A DNA stretch of 64,000 nt from a virus (lineage: Duplodnaviria; Caudoviricetes): positions 64,001 to 128,000 of IMG/VR virus record IMGVR_UViG_2595698455_000001. One strand, given 5' to 3'. Of the stretch, positions 57,075 through 64,000 are shown in pieces (position 1 is the first letter of the stretch; every line of letters starts with the position of its first letter). The position numbers and the translations under genes are program-made. A model generated the notes under the pieces. That model was not told the DNA's origin and searched no databases. It saw only the letters and a program-made list of their open reading frames with translations.

Positions 57075-57689
57075 CTAAACGGCGTATCTCAGCACCAATG
57101 CGATATTTTTACCAGAAATATCTGCATTGGTGACGTCTGTGCCTGTTTGTGTGAGGAATCGAATCAAATTTTCTCCTCCTTTCACAACGGCAAGCCCAAT
57201 AATGGAGTCGTTTAACACAGGACATATTCCAGAATATGTAATCTCTGGAAGACCAATAGATGGAAGACCTGAAATTACGGCTAAACGCGTATCTGATGTT
57301 GTTGGGTATAGAACATTCAACCACACCGTGACAGTATTCCCATCGCGAATATATTTCTGAGCACCTATTGTGGTCAAAGTTGCCGAAAGGCCGGAGGCGT
57401 CCGCAGGCTCAAACACACCAACAGTCTGATCTTCTGGTGAAATGATCTTATCAAACAAACAATACACAACATCACCATTTCCAAGAGCATGGTCGAGATG
57501 GATGGAATTACCATCAATTTCATAATTGTTGACAGGGACTTGTACACCACCATTAATGGTGACAAACCCTGTCAGGGGAAAGAAGGGCAACGAGATTGAC
57601 TCCTCTCCACCTGTTGCTGTATACGTGAAAGGAATCTGATGCGGAGCAGTGACTACGGCTCCAAATATACTTTCAATGTTTCTAGACAT
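57075..57689 (-). CDS. Truncated TSP2-like adaptor protein
   Basis: MSRNIESIFGAVVTAPHQIPFTY...DVVYCLFDKIISPED XD-type N-terminus; only 204 aa, no beta-helix. Confidence 0.75.
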   Translation of the reverse strand: MSRNIESIFGAVVTAPHQIPFTYTATGGEESISLPFFPLTGFVTINGGVQVPVNNYEIDGNSIHLDHALGNGDVVYCLFDKIISPEDQTVGVFEPADASGLSATLTTIGAQKYIRDGNTVTVWLNVLYPTTSDTRLAVISGLPSIGLPEITYSGICPVLNDSIIGLAVVKGGENLIRFLTQTGTDVTNADISGKNIALVLRYAV

Positions 57690-57739
57690 TTGTTTAATAC
57701 CCCATAAAGGATCGCCAATATGGGGTATTTAGTGAATAT

Positions 57740-59254
57740 TTACCGCCATGCCGTAATAACGACAGGAATATCACCGGTCCCACTGTCTACTATCTGTCCT
57801 GTGGTGGTATCGATTACTCGTACATTAAAGCCAGTGGATGAGTATGTATCTGCATAAACAACATATTTCCACGTGTTTGGTACAACACTCGCGTGAAAGT
57901 CTGATTGAATAATGACTTTACTCGCGAAGAAACCGATGTTTATGAAAATACCTGGGGTGATGTTTGTTATTCCAACATAATCTGGGGCAAACCCAGTATA
58001 GGGGATAAGGGAGACAACGACGTTACCTGGCACATAAGTCAGACTGGAGCCTGTAACATCACTGATTGTAGATCCCGTTGGGATACCAGAGGGAATTCTC
58101 CAATATTTCTGCGCAACCACATCGAATAACACCGTCTTACTGTCAAGTTTGGCGGACCTATTGCTACTAAGAATCACCTGGGAAACGGGTACGTTCGCAG
58201 CTCGAGCAACTTCATTCGGAGTGTGATCTATCTGGTTGTATAGTGTTGGGTCACCGTTAACAACAATTACCACCTCATCGCCCATGTCCAGCTCATGGGC
58301 TAACGTGATTACTTTGGTTGTAAATTCGTATTGAAATCCCAAATTCTTATGTTGGCGGACACCGTTTATGAATATTTCGGACACGTCTTCGGCATCTACA
58401 TCTAGAGTAATGGTGGTTTCACCGCCAATTGCGGAGCCAGAGTTATAAACCCATGTAATGACTGTCCCACTTCCAGAACCACTTCCAGAACCCAATTGAA
58501 TGGGAACATACTGAATTATCTGGAGTTCTGAACCAGAAGAGATGGGCGGGCTGAAATCAACATTGAACCCATCCAGAGAATACTTGGATTCCGTCAGACG
58601 CTTGCCGTCAACATATACGTCAACAATGGACGGTTGAGACGTCAGGGTGACTTGCGTAGTGTCAAATGAAACAGTTTCTGTAAAAATCATACGACTGTAC
58701 ACACGACCCTGGCCGAGACCGACACCTGCAGTCACAATCCACCCACGTACATCTCCGGACCAGGTAAATGTCGCAGAAACACTATCCGTGGACAATGTCA
58801 TCGACTCAGTTGAACCGTACATTGGGTGGCCATTTGGATCGATGGTCAGAGGATATAGGGAGAACTTCCCGTACAAATCACAGACCGTAACAGAATCGCC
58901 AACGCGAGTAGGGGAAGGAAACACCACCGTAGAGACGCCCGTGGAGTTGTCTACCAGATAGCCTTTCCCTTCAGCGAGAGTTGCCGTAGAGGCATGCGGA
59001 AGGGCTTCCCAGCGGATACCACCGCCACCCAGCGGCAACCATCCACCATTTTCGTAGAAGCCCTCAAATTTGTCGGAGTCAGCATTATAGCGAATAGAAG
59101 ACGGGAGGCCAGCGCTAGTATTACCCTCAGGCAAAGTCAGGACAGCATCCGGCCCGTGTTCAATCGTGCCTGTGTTGAGGATACCGGCCAAAGTAGACTG
59201 CTCTTCAGCCCCCAGGCCGAGAGGGAAAACAGGCTGTGTTGGTTTGTTAGCCAT
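57740..59254 (-). CDS. TSP4-like baseplate-anchoring hub protein without a catalytic beta-helix
   Basis: MANKPTQPVFPLGL anchor, XD-like domains, GSGSGSG linker, EVARAANV tandem domain; ends at 504 aa. Confidence 0.8.
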   Translation of the reverse strand: MANKPTQPVFPLGLGAEEQSTLAGILNTGTIEHGPDAVLTLPEGNTSAGLPSSIRYNADSDKFEGFYENGGWLPLGGGGIRWEALPHASTATLAEGKGYLVDNSTGVSTVVFPSPTRVGDSVTVCDLYGKFSLYPLTIDPNGHPMYGSTESMTLSTDSVSATFTWSGDVRGWIVTAGVGLGQGRVYSRMIFTETVSFDTTQVTLTSQPSIVDVYVDGKRLTESKYSLDGFNVDFSPPISSGSELQIIQYVPIQLGSGSGSGSGTVITWVYNSGSAIGGETTITLDVDAEDVSEIFINGVRQHKNLGFQYEFTTKVITLAHELDMGDEVVIVVNGDPTLYNQIDHTPNEVARAANVPVSQVILSSNRSAKLDSKTVLFDVVAQKYWRIPSGIPTGSTISDVTGSSLTYVPGNVVVSLIPYTGFAPDYVGITNITPGIFINIGFFASKVIIQSDFHASVVPNTWKYVVYADTYSSTGFNVRVIDTTTGQIVDSGTGDIPVVITAWR

Positions 59255-59306
59255 TTCAAATACCCCTAAATGTGTTCATGTCATCTAGGGGTATTTAGTT
59301 TTCACT

Positions 59307-60518
59307 TTAGAAAGAAGCGACCAGATTGTAGTCAACGGAGCAAGCTGTCGTCGTGTTCGCATTGGTTATCGTCAGACGAAGTTTTGAAGACACTACAGAA
59401 CCTGCGAATGTCACCGTACCGGAAGTGGACTTCTGCACCAGCAACTCTGACTTGATAGTCCCGTCGCGAGTGATTGTCACGCGATACGTGTCCACGACGT
59501 TTCCCGTACCCCATTGTGCGCTGATCAACACCTGGCAAAGGTTCACCAAGTCGAAGTCCGGCAATGCAGAGTTACCCGAAGCGGCGACAATGATACTGCT
59601 TGGGTTGGTCTTCCCAATCTTTACACGGGCAGCAATATCCGCGTCCAGACTCGTCATTTTGGCATTGTAGGTCGCTGTGTTGACCTTCCCTGCCAGAGTG
59701 GTGTTGATCGTACTGATATCGCCCTGAATGCTGCTAATAGAACTATCAAGTGAGGTCATCTTCGTATTGTACGTGCTGACGTTGACTTTGTTGTTTGTCA
59801 GATCTAAGATGCTGGCGTCCAGGCTTGACATCTTCGTGTTGTAAACAGAGGTGTTGACCTTCGATGCCAAAGTGTTGTTCACAGTATTGAACTGTGTCTG
59901 TACATCCGACATATCGGCGTCGTAATCAACAATCTTCAGATAAGCGTTGAAACGCACATCATTGAAGATAGAAGTCACAAACACAGACGTGTCGTATTTC
60001 ACAGTGCCTGCCCCGCTCACCATGAGAAGAGTCGACGGGACACCAGAACCAGAGTACGTAGTAAGGTTGGTCCCATCGAAGGCGAGGGAATTGTAACCGT
60101 TGGGTAGTAGTTGGATCTTCAGACCAGAATTCACTCCAGCAGTGTCCTCACTCACCCCATGTTTGCGGAGCATGGAGAGGTTAACGCCATCAGTCGATGA
60201 AGTTGGCTCATCCGTGATGGACAGTTTCTTTCCAGCCGGAACGGTCAGGCCGCCATTGGCAGTCAGTAACGCAGCAAAAGTCTTGCTCCCGTTGATCGTT
60301 TGTTCACCACCGTCGGTACGGATCACTTTGTTATTCAGCGTGTCGTAGATATCATCCACAGAACGCTTCAGCTCATACGTCAGATGAGCAGACGGAGGGA
60401 ACAACGGGTCATCAACGGCGAAATCGTTGATAACATCGTTCTTGCTTACTTTGCCGTCAACAGAACCAAGAATTGCATCAATCTGCTGACCTGTATATTG
60501 ACTCAGGAAATCGGCCAT
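59307..60518 (-). CDS. Virion fibre-like protein with internal repeats
   Basis: Three KVNxxxYNxKMxSLD repeats in a coiled-coil stretch; lies between baseplate and TSP genes. Confidence 0.72.
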   Translation of the reverse strand: MADFLSQYTGQQIDAILGSVDGKVSKNDVINDFAVDDPLFPPSAHLTYELKRSVDDIYDTLNNKVIRTDGGEQTINGSKTFAALLTANGGLTVPAGKKLSITDEPTSSTDGVNLSMLRKHGVSEDTAGVNSGLKIQLLPNGYNSLAFDGTNLTTYSGSGVPSTLLMVSGAGTVKYDTSVFVTSIFNDVRFNAYLKIVDYDADMSDVQTQFNTVNNTLASKVNTSVYNTKMSSLDASILDLTNNKVNVSTYNTKMTSLDSSISSIQGDISTINTTLAGKVNTATYNAKMTSLDADIAARVKIGKTNPSSIIVAASGNSALPDFDLVNLCQVLISAQWGTGNVVDTYRVTITRDGTIKSELLVQKSTSGTVTFAGSVVSSKLRLTITNANTTTACSVDYNLVASF

Positions 60519-60520
60519 TT

Positions 60521-61375
60521 TTAACTCCTCGAACTTTCCAGGAATACGGTAAACCCAGCAGGATGGAAATGCTGACGGAAGACGCGCTCAAACACGCCCT
60601 CAAAATCAGATACGTCGCCAGGGACTCTTATCACGTAAGTGAATTCATCATAGTAATAGTCATCGCGCATTCCAGTTGCGCCATCACATTCAAAGTTATC
60701 ATCCAGGCCGCCGATCTCTTCCTTTGGATAGTATACAGACACAGGACATCCAAAGTAAATCCAGAAGAACAGTTCGATAGCTTTCTTTGTGCCACGAATA
60801 CGATATATGTGCTTGAGCAATTTCAACCAGCGCACATGGTCCAGAGTTCGGCGTCGGATCCCCGCCACAAACACAGAGAACGTGTCGCCGTCTGAAGTCA
60901 CCAAAGAGTCTGATCCATTAGGCACGAAGTGGCCAAACTCAAGGAAGTTCTTATCCACCGTTCTTTGGAAACCGAAATCATCATACCAGTCGTCGATGCG
61001 TTCATTCTTGTCTTCCATGGACAACAAAGGCCGACCATCAACATCCAAGAGATCCTCAGCATCCAGCGCCATCATCTCTTCAAACGTGCGCGACAGGAAC
61101 TTGTCTTCCAGGAAGTCTTTGGCCTCAGTGCCAGGAGTCTTCCGCTTCTTGATGTCGATCAGCTGTACGAGAGGTGAATCTTCGGTATTCGGATTCACCC
61201 AAGCCTCTGGGTCTGCAAGGTAAGACAAGATCTCTTCTTCAGTGAACCCCTGTTGGCGATACAGCCAATTGAAGAACGTGTCCATGAACTCAATGAACGC
61301 AGGGAATTCGTTCTGGTAGAACAACGGGGTTTCATACTTCACCCCATTGTGTCCGTTATTAAGATCTTTGGACAT
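60521..61375 (-). CDS. Baseplate wedge subunit (gp7-like)
   Basis: FIEFMDTFFNWL...IYRIRGTKKAIELFFWIYFG...DDYYYDEFTY...HPAGF. Confidence 0.75.
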   Translation of the reverse strand: MSKDLNNGHNGVKYETPLFYQNEFPAFIEFMDTFFNWLYRQQGFTEEEILSYLADPEAWVNPNTEDSPLVQLIDIKKRKTPGTEAKDFLEDKFLSRTFEEMMALDAEDLLDVDGRPLLSMEDKNERIDDWYDDFGFQRTVDKNFLEFGHFVPNGSDSLVTSDGDTFSVFVAGIRRRTLDHVRWLKLLKHIYRIRGTKKAIELFFWIYFGCPVSVYYPKEEIGGLDDNFECDGATGMRDDYYYDEFTYVIRVPGDVSDFEGVFERVFRQHFHPAGFTVFLESSRS

Positions 61376-63137
61376 AACGCACCTCCGGCAGGACAGTTAC
61401 TGCGCCAATGCGCAATACCTGGTTCTGCACCGCCTGCAGGTTCTGATTCAGACCATCAGGTGACACCACGATAGTCACACCCTCGGCATTGTAGTTTGAG
61501 ACAGTGATCTGTTGTAATTCCACCACGCCATTCACATAATCCACAGTACCAACCGCCTGCACCAGATACTCTTTCGTCGTATCTGTTGTGCTGACCTTGT
61601 ACATATTCAACACACCACTGACGTCTCGTATGTAGTATGTGAAATCCACCTCAGCCGGAAGCGGCTTGAAACCACTGATGCGCACAGAACCAGCGGCGAT
61701 AGACCTGTCAAAGTCAAACGTGAAACTGTCTAGAACCCCATAGTCCGGCTTGAAATGGCGCTTGTACTTCACGGATGCGATGTTGGACGCAATAGAACGG
61801 TCCATCTTTGTGATGGCTTCTTGCAGCTGCTCTTTATCGAACAACTCTTCGAACCCTTCAAGGTTAGATGCACCCCAATTGACAACACCGCTTGAAACAA
61901 CGACCTTGAGTTGTTCTTCATTGAACGCAGTGGATGTCGGATCCCAGAACACGGTTGTGGTCACATCGATGTAAGTGATGTCAGCATCGACAATCTTTGG
62001 CGTGATGGTCCCAACGTTATACTTGTCTAACGTCGCCACGATATCTGCCTTCTCAGCGTCCGAAAGCGTCTCGCCAGTAGTAGGGATGACAGCAATGTAC
62101 ACGTATCCGGAGTCGGGAGGAGAGAGCGTATCTCCGCCATATGCCTTAGCACGTGACACATTAGAGAACAGACGCTCTGTCAGTACAGCATAATCCATCT
62201 CAGCAACAGCCGCGCCCTCAGCCTGGTACGCCAGTGGTGCAAGGCGCTTCGTGTCTTCAATGCTTTCTGGGGCGGCACCGCCTGATGAGCGCTCTGACAC
62301 CAGTTCAACGTCCACGAGGTTGAAGCCACCGATAGATGAAGCAGAAGACAAAGAGGTGATGTCGTTGCCATCTTCACCAGATGTCTCTAGATACTGCAGA
62401 TAGACGACGTTTCCGTCTTCGACGCGTTTGCATATGTACCCATCACCGAATTCAAAGGTGTACATCCCATCCAGACCAAGTTCCACAAAGTAGAGCTGGG
62501 CGTATTGGCTCAGGTCGAACGGACTGACATAACGGGAATATGTGCTAGTCTCATCTGCTGTGTCAGAGGCCGCTACCTGTACCACCATATGGTTGATGTC
62601 AACAGTTGAAGACGGGATCACATAGGAAGAGATCGCGCTACCCTCAACATCATATGATTTGTACAGCCAGTTGCCCTGAACGAGCTTCAGGTTTTCAAAT
62701 TTGTAGGAACCATCAACCAGCGTCGCACTAACAGGAGTGTCTACAGTGAAGTTGTAGGACTTGCCGTCCTTCGCTCCAATGAACATCGCCCGACGATCTA
62801 TCACGATGGTATCGGGGGCTGTGCTGGCGTCGTATGGAGTGACTGTCACGTTGGCGTACAGGAATGATGCCTTGTAGTTGTCAGGGGTATACGAAAGGAA
62901 CCCCGCCGCGAGGCCGACGTTGGATCGCTGTTGTGCCGAATGAAGGTGGCTCTCACCATTCAGCATGTTTTGCATGTACCCGACGGCGTTGGCATCCGAG
63001 GCCAAGATACGAATGATAGCACTGAGGCCGGAACCTTCGAAGTTGTAATCTTTGAAGGTCGGGTCTGCTTTCATTCGCTTCTTGAGAAGGAACTCGAAAG
63101 TCCTGACGTCGAGTGAGGGAACTGTTTGTGTAGCCAT
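61359..63137 (-). CDS. 6: gp6 baseplate wedge subunit
   Basis: FKDYNFEGSGLS...FGDG...GGAAPESIEDTKRLAP...AVAEMDY...GTVDYVNG. Confidence 0.9.
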   Translation of the reverse strand: MATQTVPSLDVRTFEFLLKKRMKADPTFKDYNFEGSGLSAIIRILASDANAVGYMQNMLNGESHLHSAQQRSNVGLAAGFLSYTPDNYKASFLYANVTVTPYDASTAPDTIVIDRRAMFIGAKDGKSYNFTVDTPVSATLVDGSYKFENLKLVQGNWLYKSYDVEGSAISSYVIPSSTVDINHMVVQVAASDTADETSTYSRYVSPFDLSQYAQLYFVELGLDGMYTFEFGDGYICKRVEDGNVVYLQYLETSGEDGNDITSLSSASSIGGFNLVDVELVSERSSGGAAPESIEDTKRLAPLAYQAEGAAVAEMDYAVLTERLFSNVSRAKAYGGDTLSPPDSGYVYIAVIPTTGETLSDAEKADIVATLDKYNVGTITPKIVDADITYIDVTTTVFWDPTSTAFNEEQLKVVVSSGVVNWGASNLEGFEELFDKEQLQEAITKMDRSIASNIASVKYKRHFKPDYGVLDSFTFDFDRSIAAGSVRISGFKPLPAEVDFTYYIRDVSGVLNMYKVSTTDTTKEYLVQAVGTVDYVNGVVELQQITVSNYNAEGVTIVVSPDGLNQNLQAVQNQVLRIGAVTVLPEVRYVQRS

Positions 63138-63231
63138 GTTAATCTCCATCACCTGAGCTTGAATATGGTGTTGAAGATATTTAGCCGGAGCGGATTGAAA
63201 TGGCTTCCTCGCGCTCGCGATATATCGATTA

Positions 63232-63330
63232 TATTAACCTACTCGCTTCGCTCGTAACACCGCCTTGACAGGCAGTCCCATTCCGCAGCCATGGAGGCTG
63301 CTTTTCGTTGTTCGTTAACACTCACAACTC
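63232..63330. repeat. Conserved non-coding element, copy 2 (copy 1 at 22551-22613)
   Basis: Blocks at 63243-63258 and 63305-63330 match 22563-22578 and 22588-22613. Confidence 0.85.
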
Positions 63331-63469
63331 AAAGGGCACAACAATACGATACAGTTTGTTGGGGGTGTAGAAAAGTAGTTTTTACCTATCAATTAAGCAC
63401 GCTGGATATTATTTTCAATAATAGTGAAATATGCTATGTTAGCATTTATTTGATAGTGGGAAATATATT

Positions 63470-63745
63470 ATGAACAACACATTACTAATCAAGAACGTGA
63501 AATCTCTTCTGTTAACTGAGAGATTACCCAACTTTAGTGGTTCTTCTCAATCTTTGTTCGATCACGGGTTTCTTGTTAAGGAATATGAATACGATGACGA
63601 ACAAGTACGTTTTGAATGGGCTGCGTTTTACCATCCCATTTTAAATATAAGCGTTAAACTCATCCCCAATAAATTTTTTGGGTGCAGATTTTCCGATATA
63701 GAAGATCCTGACAAACTACTAAGCGAGCAGCCTCATGCACATTAA
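63470..63745 (+). CDS. Hypothetical protein
   Basis: 91-aa AT-rich ORF divergent from gp6. Confidence 0.55.
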   Translation: MNNTLLIKNVKSLLLTERLPNFSGSSQSLFDHGFLVKEYEYDDEQVRFEWAAFYHPILNISVKLIPNKFFGCRFSDIEDPDKLLSEQPHAH

Positions 63746-64000
63746 CACTGCTGTCACCAAACACATCATTCCTTTATTAGAAAAATATGAAGGGAAGAAA
63801 TTAAACGATATTCCGTTCCAACAGATAGCGGAAGAAATTAAACGGCTGACAAAGAAAGAAGCCAATTTCCACCGTGTTCTTTCATCTGGGGTTGAACTCG
63901 CGAAATCGGATCTTCGTAATGCTTCCACGTTCTCTTTCAACATTGTCGCAACTTCGAATTTGGTGTCCGAGTTAACTCGATCATCACAAGTCCGTCGTGA
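63735..64000 (+). CDS. Hypothetical protein, partial (runs off the window)
   Basis: Manual read MHINTAVTKHIIPLLEKYEGK..., open to the window end. Confidence 0.55.
   Translation, partial: MHINTAVTKHIIPLLEKYEGKKLNDIPFQQIAEEIKRLTKKEANFHRVLSSGVELAKSDLRNASTFSFNIVATSNLVSELTRSSQVRR

Noticed and set aside
59640-59870. Three approximate direct repeats
   Set aside because: Explained by KVNxxxYNxKMxSLD protein repeats; not CRISPR or a DGR template, and no reverse transcriptase is in the window
1-64000. tRNA, rRNA or CRISPR arrays
   Set aside because: None recognised by eye; tRNAscan-SE or Infernal would be needed to exclude them formally

Overview
64-kb segment of a lytic T4-like myophage genome with the gene content and order of Ackermannviridae (Vi1-like). 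The truncated TSP4/TSP2 plus one full tailspike and the heavy homing-endonuclease load suggest a Limestonevirus/Aglimvirinae-type phage; this assignment is from recall of the family, not a search. Most genes are on the minus strand. Left to right: gp46/gp47/gp55, RNase HI, DinG-like helicase and HU; an accessory early block (secreted proteins, ParB-like, DenV, an ACP-like protein lacking the phosphopantetheine serine, a vWA protein, a NadV fragment and decayed genes); an aGPT-Pplase1-like hypermodification gene, MazG-like NTPase, regA and gp62/44/45; a fractured uvsW, exonuclease, uvsY and gp3; the head module gp23-gp20; tail and packaging genes gp19-gp13, with a mini-intein in the terminase; then VrlC-like, tailspike and baseplate genes. 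Six intact free-standing endonuclease genes are present. Best leads: (1) uvsW split by an HNH gene, with apparently non-catalytic split-intein-like tags at the break; (2) two endonucleases fused to a Mom-like GNAT domain and differing in repeat number; (3) a Ser-to-Glu ACP mimic; (4) a conserved non-coding element repeated at two divergent strand switches; (5) late-promoter/RBS hairpins and insertion scars that record endonuclease invasions. All family calls come from motif recognition by eye; no searches were run.
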